A stretch of 64,000 bases of DNA from assembly GCA_963708025.1 (NCBI GenBank), contig CAVPSB010000013.1, forward strand, positions 384,001 to 448,000, written 5' to 3'. Every line of letters begins with the position of its first letter. Within the stretch, counting starts at the first letter, position 1. The DNA comes from an uncultured Candidatus Rokubacteria bacterium. GTDB lineage: Bacteria; Methylomirabilota; Methylomirabilia; Rokubacteriales; DASRDR01. The position numbers and the translations under genes were made by a program. The notes under the pieces are model-generated. The model made no database searches. It was not told the origin of the DNA and saw only the letters and a program-made list of their open reading frames with translations. Shown here piece by piece: positions 20,108 through 30,602 of the stretch.

Positions 20108-21050
20108 CGGCGGCCAGCGCCCGGGCGTCCCGATCCCACCAGTCGCGGAACTCGTCGGCGTCCAGGTAGGCGATCGGGGTCTGGACCTTCTCCATCGCGG
20201 CCCTGAACTCCGGGTCCTGCACCGCCTGGCGGGTCGCGTCCCGCAGCGTCTTGAACACGGCGGCCGGCACCCCTCTCGGCGCGAACAGCCCGGCCCAGAG
20301 GTAGTACTCGAGGTCGTAGCCCAGCTCCTTGAGCGTCGGGACCTCGGGGAACGCGGCGAGTCGCGTCGCCCCCCAGGTGGCGAGGCCACGGAGCTTCCCT
20401 GCCTTGAGGTGGGGGCCGGCGAGGCCGGGCGGGGAGGCCCACATTGCCGCGTGGCCGCCGAGGACCGCGGTCATCGCCGGCGCGCCACCGGTCGTCGGGA
20501 GGTGGCGCATGCGGGCACCGGCGGCGTTGAGGAGCATCTCCATCGGCACGTGCGAGGCGCCGTAGACCCCCGACGACGCGTAGACGATCTCGCCCGGCCG
20601 CTTCCGCGCGTCGTCGAGGAGCTCCCCGAGGCTCTTCCACGGGGTCTCGGCGCCGACCACCAGGATCGGCGGGTCGGCGTTGAGCCGGGCGATGCCGACG
20701 AACTGGTCGCGGCGGAACGCTGGCGGGCGGCCGAACAGCGCGTCCACCTCCGGGATCGTCGAGATGCTGACCAGCCCGAGCAGCAGCGTGTACCCGTCGG
20801 GCTTCGCCACCGCCACCGACTGCATCCCCACCGCCCCGGCGGCGCCCGGCTTGTTGGCGACCACGACCGGCTGCTTGAGGAGGCGCTCGAGCACCGGGGC
20901 CAGCGGACGCGCGGTCAGGTCGGCGATGCCACCCGGCGGAAACGGGTTGACGATCGTCACCGGCCGGGTGGGGTAGGCCTCGTCGGCCCCGGCCCCGCTC
21001 GCGAGGGCCGCCAGGACCAGCAGGATCGCGCCGAGCAGGCGTGGCGTCAT
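20073..21050 (-). CDS. tctC: Tripartite tricarboxylate transporter substrate-binding protein (Bug/TctC)
   Basis: YPTRPVTIVNPFPPGG, NKPGAAG, AKPDGYTLL, PEVPTLKELG. Confidence 0.93.
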   Translation of the reverse strand: MTPRLLGAILLVLAALASGAGADEAYPTRPVTIVNPFPPGGIADLTARPLAPVLERLLKQPVVVANKPGAAGAVGMQSVAVAKPDGYTLLLGLVSISTIPEVDALFGRPPAFRRDQFVGIARLNADPPILVVGAETPWKSLGELLDDARKRPGEIVYASSGVYGASHVPMEMLLNAAGARMRHLPTTGGAPAMTAVLGGHAAMWASPPGLAGPHLKAGKLRGLATWGATRLAAFPEVPTLKELGYDLEYYLWAGLFAPRGVPAAVFKTLRDATRQAVQDPEFRAAMEKVQTPIAYLDADEFRDWWDRDARALAAVIRRVGKIEAQ

Positions 21051-21052
21051 GG

Positions 21053-22066
21053 TCAGCCTCCGAACTTGATGTACTTGACCATTTCCTTGAGCACCTCGGG
21101 CGGCTGCTGGAGGAGGGCCGCGAAGCTCTTGGCGACCTCCTCGGACGGGATGTGGTGGAACTCGATCTGCGCCTTGGTGCCCTCGGCCAGGAGCTCCGGA
21201 TCCCGCAGGGCCCGGGCGAAGGCCTCGCGCAGCACCGCCAGGCGCTCCGCCGGCGTCCCCGGCGGCGCGGCCAGCCCCCGGCCGATGGCCTGGGGAATCG
21301 ACCGGATCGCCATGATGGACTTCCCCACCGGGTCGGTGACCAGCTCCTCGTCCACCGGCAGCGACTCGAACCCCGGCGACGCCACCCGGCCCCGGACGAG
21401 CGGCCGCACCGCCCCCCGGTCGGCCACCGGGCGGACCGTCGAGGCGAAGGCGGTCCACACGTCCACCTCCTTGCGCTCGATGGCGAGGACGACGTCGGCG
21501 TTGGCGGGATAGCCGGAGACCAGCTTGAACCGGGCGCCGGCGAACTCCTTGAGCAGCAGGGGGAAGTCGTGCGCGTTCGAGCCCGGCCCGGTGGTGCCGA
21601 CCACCAGCTCCCGGTCGGCCTTCCGCAGCTCGTCGAAGCTCTTGTAGGGCAGGTCGGCCCGGATGGCCAGCACCACGCCGTCGGACCCCGACGAGCCGAG
21701 CCACTCGAACTTCCGCACGTCGAAGCGGACCGCGTCCACCTTGGAGAGCTGGGCGATGCCCACGTTCGGGTTCGCGGCCAGGAGCGTCAGCCCGTCGGGC
21801 TTGGCGACGTTGAAGACGTGGTTGGTGGCGACCAGGTGGGCGGCCCCCGTCATGTTCTGGACGATGACCGCCGGGTTGCCGGGAATGTACTTGCCGAGGT
21901 GGCGGGCGACGATCCGGGCGGAGACGTTGAGGCTCCCCCCCGTCGCGCCGATCACGATGGTGATCGTCTTGCCCTCGTAGAAGGGCGCCTGGGCGTGGGC
22001 CGGCGCCAGCAGGAGCGGGACCATCACGAGGCCGGCTGCGAGGCCGGCGATCCGCGCATGTCTCAT
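21053..22066 (-). CDS. tctC: TctC-family substrate-binding protein (second subtype)
   Basis: FYEGKTITIVIG, IPGNPAVIVQNM, AKPDGLTL. Confidence 0.9.
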   Translation of the reverse strand: MRHARIAGLAAGLVMVPLLLAPAHAQAPFYEGKTITIVIGATGGSLNVSARIVARHLGKYIPGNPAVIVQNMTGAAHLVATNHVFNVAKPDGLTLLAANPNVGIAQLSKVDAVRFDVRKFEWLGSSGSDGVVLAIRADLPYKSFDELRKADRELVVGTTGPGSNAHDFPLLLKEFAGARFKLVSGYPANADVVLAIERKEVDVWTAFASTVRPVADRGAVRPLVRGRVASPGFESLPVDEELVTDPVGKSIMAIRSIPQAIGRGLAAPPGTPAERLAVLREAFARALRDPELLAEGTKAQIEFHHIPSEEVAKSFAALLQQPPEVLKEMVKYIKFGG

Positions 22067-22090
22067 CGGTCTCCTCCTTTCGGGATTGTT

Positions 22091-22155
22091 CGGGACCTCC
22101 CACCTACCCCCCCAACCCCCCTCCCCCACCCACTGGGGGGAGGGGGGAGTCGGAA
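22091..22155. repeat. Family B repeat
   Basis: cgggacctcccacctaccccccaaccccctcccccacccactgggggaggggg. Confidence 0.85.
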
Positions 22156-22184
22156 GAGTCGGAAGACCATTCCTACACAGCCTC

Positions 22185-22665
22185 TCAGAGCCCGAGCCAG
22201 GTCTGGAGCCAGCCCGGCTCGAACGGGCAGGGCGAGCAGTCGCTGGAAGACGCCGTGGAAGAACAGCCAGGCGGCGGCGGTCAGGCCGAGGGACAGCGGC
22301 CACCCGGCGCCGCCCGGCCCGACCAGGTACGCGAGCATGAACAGCGGGACGGCGGCCGGGAAGCCGGCCAGGAAGACGAGCGCGATGAAGCCGGCGATCC
22401 ACGCGAAGAGCGCCGCCGCCCGGCGGCGGGCCAGCGCCGGCGGCACCTCGGCGGAGAACGCCAGGTCCAGGGCCGGACCCGCCGGGGTCTCCGGCCGGCC
22501 GCGGAGATCGAGGCCGAGCTGGACCGCCGCCAGGACGGCGAGCGGGATGCCCACCGCCAGCGGAAACAGCGCGGTCTTGAACGGCCAGTGCCACGCCGAC
22601 CCGACCGCGAACAGGCCGACGGCCACCAGGCCGAGGCTGAAGAGCGCGCGGCCGCTACGCGGCAT
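22185..22665 (-). CDS. tctB: TctB-family small permease (frameshift near 22225)
   Basis: Four TM segments, ALFPL motif; removing one base gives a C-terminus LPFEPGWLQTWLGL*. Confidence 0.75.
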
Positions 22666-24170
22666 CCGCCACCCGGGCGACGGCGTGGCGTCGCTCCTGG
22701 ACGAAGGGGTAGGCGATCACGACGGCGGTCAGCGCGATGAGCACGAGAACCAGAGGGTGGCCGAGCCACGCCAGCCCGTACCGTGCCACCGAGATGAAGA
22801 GGTAGGTCTCGGCGAGACGCCCCAGGACGAAGCCGAGCACCAGCGGGCGGGCGCGGCCAGCCGAAGGACACCATGAAGTAGCCGAGCAGTCCGAAGAGGA
22901 AGGTCACGAGGAGGTCGGCGATCTGGCCGTTCGCCGTGTAGCTCCCGACGAAGACCAGGAGCAGGACGAACGGGATGATGAGGCCTCCCCGGATCCGCGT
23001 GACCCGGGCCAGGTGGTTCAGCACCAGCAGGCACAGGAGGACCGTGATGACGTTGGCGATGACCAGGGTCCACACCATCGAGAACGTGACCGCGAGGTGC
23101 TTGGTCAGCATGTCGGGCCCGGGGACGAGCCCGATGATCATGAACGCGCCGAGGAGGATCGCCATCGCCCCGCTGCCCGGCACGCCGAAGGCGATGGTGG
23201 GGATGAGGTCGCCGCCCTCCTTGGAGTTGTTCGCCGCCCCCGGCCCCAGGACGCCCCGGACGTCGCCCTGGCCGAACCGCGCCCGGTCGGTCGCGTCCCG
23301 CGCGCTCTGCACGGCGTGGGCGTACGCCATCCACTGGGCGACGCCCCCGCCGGCGCCCGGCAGGATGCCGACGACGACCCCGATGGCCGAGCAGCGGGCG
23401 ACGAGCCAGAAGTGGCGGAAGGTGTCCTTGATCCCCTCCAGCACGCCGGCCCGGAGCTTCTCGGCCGGCCGGTCGCCGGCGATGGCGGTGCCCCGGACCG
23501 CGAGGTCGACCAGCTCCGGGATGGCGAAGATGCCGACCAGCACCGGGACCAGGTCGAGGCCGTCCCAGAGGTAGGTGAGGCCCATGTCGAACCGGAGGGC
23601 CCCCGACTGGCGCTCCTGACCGATCGTGGCCAGGAGCAGCCCGAGGAATCCCATCGTGAAGCCGCGGAGCTGGCTCTTCACCCCGAGCCCGCTGAGCGAG
23701 GTGATGCAGGCGATCCCCGCCAGCGAGACCATGAACAGCTCGGGGGAGCCGAAGGTGAGGACCAGGGGGCGGACGATGGGGATCGAGACCGCCAGCGTCA
23801 CCGCGCCGATCACGGCGCCGAGCAGCGAGCTCATCAGCGCCGCCCCCAGCGCCCGCCCCGCCTCGCCCCGCTTGGCCATCGGGTGCCCGTCCACCACGGT
23901 GGCGGCCGAGAGCGCCTCCCCCGGCACGCCGAACAGGATCGAGGTGATGTCGCCCGTCGTCGCTGCCACCGAGTGCATCCCCAGGAGAAAGGCGAGGGCC
24001 TCCACCGGGGTCATCCGGAAGACGAAGGGGATCATCAGGGCCAGCGTGGCGGCGCCCCCGATCCCGGGCAGGAGGCCGACGACGAAGCCGACGCCCATCC
24101 CGACCAGCATCAGGCTGAAGGCCTTCCACTGGAGGACCAGGACGAGGCCGTCGATCAGGGCGTCGAGCAT
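22655..24170 (-). CDS. tctA: TctA-family large permease (frameshift near 22845)
   Basis: GLLPGIGG, DGHPMAKRGEAGRAL, AANNSKEGGDLIPTIAFGVPGS. Confidence 0.93.
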
Positions 24171-24174
24171 CCCG

Positions 24175-25064
24175 TCAGCGGGCGGGCCACTTGTCCAGGG
24201 CGGTCGCGATCACGGCCAGGTCCTCGCCGCCGTGGCCGTCGGCCTCGGCGGCGGCGAACAGCCGCTGGGCGAGCGCCGTGAGCGGAAGCGCCGCGCCCGA
24301 CTGCGTGCCGGACTCCAGGATCAGCGCGAGGTCCTTCAGGAAGAGCGTCAGCTTCATCTGGGCGCGGGAACTCCCGCTTGACGATCATCGGACCGCGCAG
24401 CTCGAGCATGCGCGAGGTGCCGGCGCTCGCGGTCAGGATCTCGAGCACCTGACCGGCATCGAGACCGGCCTTGCGGACCAGCTCGAGCGCCTCGGCCGCG
24501 GCCGCCGTGTGGAGGCCGACCAGCAGGTTCGCCGCGAGCTTCACGACCATCGCCTGACCCGCCCGGCCGACGTGGAAGGCGCGCGGGAGGATCGTCTCCA
24601 GTAGCGGCCGCCAGCGCGCGACGACGGCCGCCTCGCCGCCCACCAGGAGGATCCCCTCCCCGCGCGCCACCATGGCGCTGGTGCCGCTGACCGGGCAGTC
24701 GAGGAAGGCGAAGCCGCGGGCCTCCGCCTCGCGGGCCAGGCGCTCGGTGAGGGCGGGCGAGATCGTGCTCATCTGGACCAGCGTCCGGCCGGGCCGGGCA
24801 CCGGCGAGGACCCCCTCCGGGCCGAGGATCGCGGCCTCGACCGCGGCCAGCGACGGCAGGAGGGTGCAGACCGGATCGGCCGCCCCGGCCACCGCGGCGG
24901 CGGAAGGCGCCGCCCGGCCCCCCAGCGCCACCAGGGCGGCGACCCGCTCCGGCAGCACGTCGTGGCCGACCACGCCGTGCCCCGCGGCCCGGAGCCGCGA
25001 GGCGACGGCATGGCCCAGGAGGCCGACCCCGACGACGCCGACGGTGGCGTCGTCACTCGCCTAC
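24175..25064 (-). CDS. NAD(P)-dependent 3-hydroxyisobutyrate/6-phosphogluconate dehydrogenase family oxidoreductase (frameshift near 24362, start damaged)
   Basis: VGVVGVGLLG, FLDCPVSG, VKLAANLL, FLKDLALI. Confidence 0.85.
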
Positions 25065-25075
25065 GGCTCCTGGGC

Positions 25076-26319
25076 TCAGCAGTTCTTGCAGGGCGGGTAG
25101 TCGCGCGAGTAGACGGGGTTCTTCAGGTACTCCTCGGCCTTGTAGGGGCCGAACTGGGAGACGTTCGGGAACGTGTGGATGACGGTGTTCTGGAGCCGGC
25201 CGCCCACCTTCTCGACCTTCCGCACGTAGATGTTCTGGATGGGGTTGCCGAAGTCGTCGAAGCGCACCGGCCCGCGGGGAGCGTCGGAGAGGTCGACCTT
25301 GCGGAGCGCCGAGAGGAACCGGTCCACGCTCTCGATGTCGCCCCCCGTCGCCTCCAGCGCCGCCTTCAGGGCACCCATGGCCACGTACGTCCCCTCGGAG
25401 TAGTACGAGGGGACCTGCTTGTACTTGGCCTCGTAGGCCTGGACGAACTTCTTGTTCGCGGGCGTGGTCAGCGCGGCCGAGTAGTGGAGCGCGGTCACGA
25501 CGCCCAGGACCTCGTCGCCCATGGTCCGGAGGACGTGCTCGTCGGTGAAGGTGCCGCCGCCGATCAGCGGGAGCCGGGCCTTGAGCCCGGCGTCGCTGAA
25601 CTGCTTGGCGAACCGGAGGGCGTCGGCCCCCGAGAAGACCGCGTAGATCGCGTCCACGTCCCGCCGGAGCTGCGCCAGGTAGGGCCCGAAGTCGGCCGTC
25701 CCCAGGGGCGGCCAGAGCTTCTGCACCACCTGGCCGCCAGCCTCCTCGAAGGTACGCTGGAAGCCACCCGCCACCTCCCAGCCGAAGGCGAAGTCGTAGC
25801 CGATCATCGCGATCTTCTTGTAGCCGAGGGTGTCGTAGACCCACTTGCCGAAGGGATGGGAGGGCTGGGCGCTCGACCACCCGGTGCGGACGATGTAGGG
25901 GCTCCGCTTGCGCTGGGTGATGTCCTCGGCGGAGACGATCGGGAAGATGGCCGGGACCTTCTTGCCGTCGATGTAGGGAGCGACGGCGTAGCCGACCGCC
26001 GCGGAGAGCGGCCCGGTCAGAGGTGGACCGCCTGCTCCTCCACCAGTCCCCGCGCCTTGGTGAGGCCGGTGGCCGGCTTGCCCTCGTCGTCCTCGATGAT
26101 CAGCTTGATCTCGCGGCCGCCGAGCTTCGAGCCCTGCTCCTCCAGGAAGAGCTGGAGGCCGTTGATCATGTCCTTCCCGTTGGCCGCCAGCCCACCCGTC
26201 GTGGGGACGAGCAGCCCGACCTTGATGGGCCCCTTCTGGGCCCACAGCCCGGGGCTCCCCGCGAGCAGGAGCGCGACCGCAACGAGGGTGACGGCGGCGA
26301 TCACCGAAGCCTTGCGCAT
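25076..26319 (-). CDS. Branched-chain amino acid/aromatic-type ABC substrate-binding protein (PBP1) (frameshift near 26022)
   Basis: PIKVGLLVPTTG, GGREIKLIIEDDEGKP, DFAFGWE, PLGTADFGPYL. Confidence 0.9.
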
Positions 26320-26749
26320 CGGAACCTCCTTGTCGCTACGAGGGGATGACTCGGCCCTCCGAGTTCGCGCTCTGACTCACGCCGGACGCCGGCCGGAATC
26401 GCTCCCGGTCGTCCGGTCCCGACGGCCGGCGGGAGGATTGTAACTGGAACGGGGGCGTCGTGACCACCCCGGGTCCTACGCGGCCGGCGGCGTGTAGGTC
26501 GCCCAGAAGATCGTCTCCGCCAGCCACTCTCGCGCCCGCGCGCGTTTTCTGCTTGACACGGTCTCGGACCTGGAACTCGTCGCGGGCGCGGCCTCGACGT
26601 CAGTCCCGCTCAGCGGGCCGCGCCGGCCTGCGGCCCTGCGCGCCGCCGGGCGCCGAGTCGAAGATCATTCCTGGTCCCCGAGGTGCGATCGAGCAGCCTC
26701 CCAGGGCGGTCGAAAATCGCGTGGTAGGGTGCACGAGAGGAGGCCCGCC

Positions 26750-28093
26750 ATGCACCTCGCCACGACGCTCGCGCCTGCTCCGACAGACCTCGACCGGCTC
26801 GGCGACGAGATCGCCACGCTCTCCGCGCACCTCGACGCCGCCACCGCCCGGCTGCTGATCCTGCTCCGCGAGTTCGACGCGCGGGGCGGCTGGGGGAACG
26901 GCTTTCGCTCCTGCGCGGAGTGGCTGAGCTGGCGCGTGGGGCTCGCCCCGGGGGCGGCGCGGGAGCAGGTCCGGGTCGCGCGGGCACTGGGCGCGCTGCC
27001 CCAGATCGCCGCGGCCCTGGCCCGGGGGGAGCTGTCGTACTCGAAGGTCCGGGCCCTGACGCGGGTCGCGACCTCGGAGACGGAGGCACGCCTCCTGGCG
27101 GTGGGGCGGGCGGGGACGGCGGCCCACGTGGAGCGGATCGTGCGGGCGTGGCGGCGGGTGGACCGGAACATCGAGGCGCGGGAGGCGGCCGCGCGGCACC
27201 GGGGCCGGTCCCTCCAGGTGTACCCGGACGAGGACGGGATGATGGTGGTACGGGGACGGCTGGAGCCCGAGGTGGGGGCGGTGCTGATCCGGGCGCTGGA
27301 GGCGGCGCGCGAGGCGCTGTTCAAGCAGACTCGGACCACGGCGGAGGGGTCGGCCGAGGCGGACCCGCCGACCCAGGGCCAGAAGCAGGCCGACGCCCTG
27401 GCGCTGGTGGCGGAGACGGCCCTCCAGCATGGGCTCGACCCCGGCCCGGGGAGCGAGCGGTACCAGGTCGTGGTCCACGTGGACGCCGCCGCGCTCGCCG
27501 ACCCCGCCCAGCCGGGGCAGTCGGCCCTCGAGGACGGCGTGCACGTTCCCGCGGAAACGTCGCGGCGGCTGGCCTGCGACGCGACCCGGGTGGTGATGCG
27601 CCACGCGGGAGACGGGGAGGTGCTCGACGTCGGGCGGCGGACGCGGACGATCCCGCCGGCGCTGCGGCGGGCGCTCCAGGCGCGGGACCGCGGGTGCCGC
27701 TTCCCGGGCTGCGGGAGGCGCCACGTCCAGGGGCACCACCTCCATCACTGGGCGAACGGCGGCCCGACCCGGCTCGAGAACCTTGCGCTCCTGTGTCGAC
27801 TCCACCACCGGGCGGTGCATGAAGAAGGCTACCAAGTTGCGCGCGACACCGACGGCACGCTGCGCTTCCACACGCCGGGCGGCCGGCCGATTCCCGACGT
27901 CCCGGCGCCGCCGGCGGTGTCGTCCGAGCCGGCGCAAGCCATCGTCGCCGCCAATCGAGCGGGCGGTGTCGCGATCAACGCGCGGACGGGCTGCCCGAGC
28001 TGGCTCGGCGAGCGCCTCGACCTCGGCTGGGCGATCGACATTCTGCACCCCGCAGCCAATCTGGCCGCGCCCCCCTTTCGGCCACTCCCGTGA
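26750..28093 (+). CDS. DUF222 + HNH endonuclease (Rv1128c/13E12-like)
   Basis: SCAEWLSWRVG, RRLACDA, ARDRGCRFPGC, HHLHHWANGGPTRLENLALLCRLHHRAVH; RBS ggagg. Confidence 0.93.
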   Translation: MHLATTLAPAPTDLDRLGDEIATLSAHLDAATARLLILLREFDARGGWGNGFRSCAEWLSWRVGLAPGAAREQVRVARALGALPQIAAALARGELSYSKVRALTRVATSETEARLLAVGRAGTAAHVERIVRAWRRVDRNIEAREAAARHRGRSLQVYPDEDGMMVVRGRLEPEVGAVLIRALEAAREALFKQTRTTAEGSAEADPPTQGQKQADALALVAETALQHGLDPGPGSERYQVVVHVDAAALADPAQPGQSALEDGVHVPAETSRRLACDATRVVMRHAGDGEVLDVGRRTRTIPPALRRALQARDRGCRFPGCGRRHVQGHHLHHWANGGPTRLENLALLCRLHHRAVHEEGYQVARDTDGTLRFHTPGGRPIPDVPAPPAVSSEPAQAIVAANRAGGVAINARTGCPSWLGERLDLGWAIDILHPAANLAAPPFRPLP

Positions 28094-28130
28094 GTAGCCC
28101 GTTTCTCCAAAAGGCGGTTGGGTGCAAGGT

Positions 28131-28202
28131 CTACTGGCAGCGCCGGCGGGATAGCACGAGGACTTCTTCCTCGATATCTCTAGGGAGCGGCGTGCGAGTC
28201 AT
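28131..28202 (-). pseudogene. Truncated cassette gene (possible HNH-type N-terminus)
   Basis: MTRTPLPRDIEEEVLVLSRRRCQ* begins just after the attC1 R' box. Confidence 0.45.
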
Positions 28203-28240
28203 TCAGGTGGCCTGAGGGATGTGCGCTTGGTGTCAGGCGC

Positions 28241-28321
28241 CGTCAACGCCGGCGATGAGGTGCCGCGAGCAGCAGCCCTCGGCGCCGCTGTGAAGCGGGC
28301 AGCTCGATCGCCATGTTAGCC
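28241..28321 (-). other. Integron attC site 1
   Basis: Minus strand GGCTAAC (overlapping the mrr stop)...ggcgatCgag / ctcatcgcc with one extrahelical base...GTTGACG. Confidence 0.8.
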
Positions 28322-29203
28322 CTCGAACTCCTTGAAGAACGCGAGATCGACTTCGTAGGTCTTGACGGCACGGAGGCCGAGTTCGAGCTGTTCAAGCATG
28401 TCGATCAGTTTCTCGCCATCGATCAGCTCAATGGGTGGAACACCATCGCGTGAAGCCTCCCGACGCGCCTCGGCAGTGAACGTGCCCGTTGTGAGAATGA
28501 TGCCCTTATCGGCTCGGCCAGCCATGCCGCCACGAAAATCGCGGACATGAGAAGGCGAGACGGACTTGCTGAAGCGCTTGCATTGGAACAGCACCTTGAA
28601 AGAGACGAGTGGGTTCACGGCAAGGGTTCCGTACCCGTCGATTCCCCCGTCGCCGCTGCGCCCTGTGACCACCACGTGGGTAAATCCCGCCTCGCGCAGC
28701 ACCCGTTGGCAAAGGCGCTCGAATCCGGCGGCTGCCAGCTTGAGTAGGAGGTCTATCACAGCGGTTCTGTAGTCACTCGGCGCTGTGCCGGCGGCTTCGG
28801 CGACGATCTCTTCGGGCTGCCCAGCTTTGCTTGCCTTCGCGCGTCGCTGCTCTTGAAAGATTCGGACCCACTTGAGGAAAATGGCGTGGGCCTGCTGATA
28901 CGTCAGGGTGGTGGCACGACCACGCTCCGTGAGACTCCAGACGCCGCGCTTTGATGAATCGAGCAGACCTTCCCGTACGAGGTAGAATCTGGCCCAGTGA
29001 ACCTGATTGCGGTAGCGAGGCTCGCCGGATGGGAGAAGTTCATTCTGGACGCTGTCCGAAATCTTGAGATCTGTGGCGATACGTTCGACGACCTCGTCTG
29101 GAGTTCCGGACCCCCCAAGGCCCCGGAGCGCATCGAGTAGAGGCCCGAAGTACCGAACGAATTGCGCGCCTTCTTCCGACTTCTTTGGCGATTGCTTGGC
29201 CAT
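28316..29203 (-). CDS. mrr: Mrr family type IV restriction endonuclease (Mrr_N + Mrr_cat) carried as a gene cassette
   Basis: NQVHWARFYLVREGLLDSSKRGVWSLT, GRSGDGGIDG, FQCKR, GIILTTGTFT, IELIDGEKL; visibly lower GC than the flanks. Confidence 0.93.
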   Translation of the reverse strand: MAKQSPKKSEEGAQFVRYFGPLLDALRGLGGSGTPDEVVERIATDLKISDSVQNELLPSGEPRYRNQVHWARFYLVREGLLDSSKRGVWSLTERGRATTLTYQQAHAIFLKWVRIFQEQRRAKASKAGQPEEIVAEAAGTAPSDYRTAVIDLLLKLAAAGFERLCQRVLREAGFTHVVVTGRSGDGGIDGYGTLAVNPLVSFKVLFQCKRFSKSVSPSHVRDFRGGMAGRADKGIILTTGTFTAEARREASRDGVPPIELIDGEKLIDMLEQLELGLRAVKTYEVDLAFFKEFEG

Positions 29204-29223
29204 TTGCCTCCCGGACCGTGGAG

Positions 29224-29278
29224 GGCTAACGATCTCGTATTCAGCGGCGGCCGCGAAGCGACCGTCCGCTGCAATTCA
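29224..29278 (-). other. Integron attC site 2 (R'' box deleted)
   Basis: Minus strand tgcagcggacggtcgcttcgcggccgccgctgaatacgagatcGTTAGCC. Confidence 0.75.
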
Positions 29279-29396
29279 TCAACGCCTCGCACTCTTCTTT
29301 CGGTGTCATCTGCCGGCTCGCACCACCGCTCAATGAGCGTCCCAAGGCCAGAAAACCCGCCATCACCAGAACTCGATTCCAATGGCTCATATGCAT
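29275..29396 (-). pseudogene. Truncated cassette gene
   Basis: MHMSHWNRVLVMAGFLALG...MTPKEECEALMN runs directly into attC2. Confidence 0.5.
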
Positions 29397-29398
29397 CT

Positions 29399-29455
29399 GC
29401 CTAACGCCGGTATCAGCCGCGGCCGTAGGCCGTCGGCTGCATGCCGCGGTTCGGC
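29399..29455 (-). other. Integron attC site 3 (57 bp)
   Basis: Minus strand GCCGAAC cgcggcatgcagccg acggcctacggccg cggctgataccggc GTTAGGC. Confidence 0.85.
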
Positions 29456-29503
29456 GCTCCCCGTTGCGGTTACTCTGACGACCGGACGCCGCCCCGTATC
29501 TCC

Positions 29504-30509
29504 TCACTCGATCAGCTGATCCGCTCGCACCAGCACGGACGGCGGCATTGTCAGACCGAGGGCCTTCGCGGTCTTCAGGTTCACCACCAACTCGAACTTT
29601 GTGGGCTGTTCGACGGGCAAGTCGGCGGGCTTCGCGCCCTTGAGGATTTTGTCCACGAACGTGGCCGCCCGCCTGAAGCGCTCAGGAAAGCTCGGCCCAT
29701 ACGCCATGAGCCCGCCTGCCTCAACGGGCTCCCTGAACGAATAGATTGCCGGGAGCCGATATTTGGCGGCCAGAGAGACGATCGCTTCGCGATGCAGAAC
29801 GGTGAAGGCGTCACTCGGGAAGATGAGCGCGCCGATCCCCTCGCGCGCGGCCCGCGCGAAGACCGGTTCGAGCTCACCTGGCTCCCGCACCACGGTCGGC
29901 GGCGAGAGCACTACCCTGAGCGCCCGGGCGGCGCCCTGCATCTCCTTGAGAAACGCGGACGGTTGCTGGCGACTGGCCAGGATCGCGACCCGGTTGAGCG
30001 AGGGAACGGCTTCCTTCAGTAGCTCGACGTATTTCTCGCCTATGCCGGAGGTGCTGAAGGCAAGACCCGTAAAGTTTCCCCCGGGCCGCGCCAGGCTCTG
30101 CACGAAGCCGGACTCGACAGGATCGTCGACGACGACCATGACAACCGGGATCGTCGTCGTCGCTCGGCGGACCGCCTGGTTCTCCCGCAATCCCGTCGCG
30201 ACGATCACGTTCGACGCCCAGGTGCGCCAACTCCGTCGCGAAGCCCTGTACTCGCTCAGACTTACCAGCGGCGAAGCGACGTTCGAACAGGATGTTCTGG
30301 CCCTCCAGCCACCCGAGCGCGCGTAGCCCATCGAAGAATGCCGACCATTGTGGGGGTAATGGACGCGAGGGGTCAGTGCCGGTCGATAGAAGACCGACGC
30401 CTGGTGTTCTCGCCGAGAGCTGCGCGTTGACAAGGCTCAGCGCCCAAGAGAGTAGCGCGAGAACCACCGCGGCACTCGCCGGGCACCGCCAAGAACGCAG
30501 GAAGTCCAA
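29504..30509 (-). CDS. ABC_sub_bind (putative Trp/Tyr-type) substrate-binding protein (frameshift near 30215)
   Basis: GLRALGWLEGQNI, SLARPGGNFTG, GGLMAYG, GAKPADLPVEQPTKFELVVNLKTAKALGL. Confidence 0.9.
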
Positions 30510-30602
30510 AGCACCTCTTTCCCCGCCCGGGGTTCCTCTCGCTCGGTCGTGGCACCAGCGTCCCGATGCCGTCGAGCCGGGCGGCGCGACGCGCCCGCCG
30601 GA

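Noticed and set aside
22185-26319. One frameshift each in tctB, tctA, the dehydrogenase and the SBP
   Set aside because: Single-base indels in otherwise intact genes, often at G/C runs, fit long-read consensus errors better than pseudogenisation or programmed frameshifting; reads are needed to confirm
29456-30602. ABC_sub_bind gene as an integron cassette, or an attI site upstream
   Set aside because: No GTTCGGC-type core complementary to the attC3 R'' box found upstream, and no integrase; unsupported
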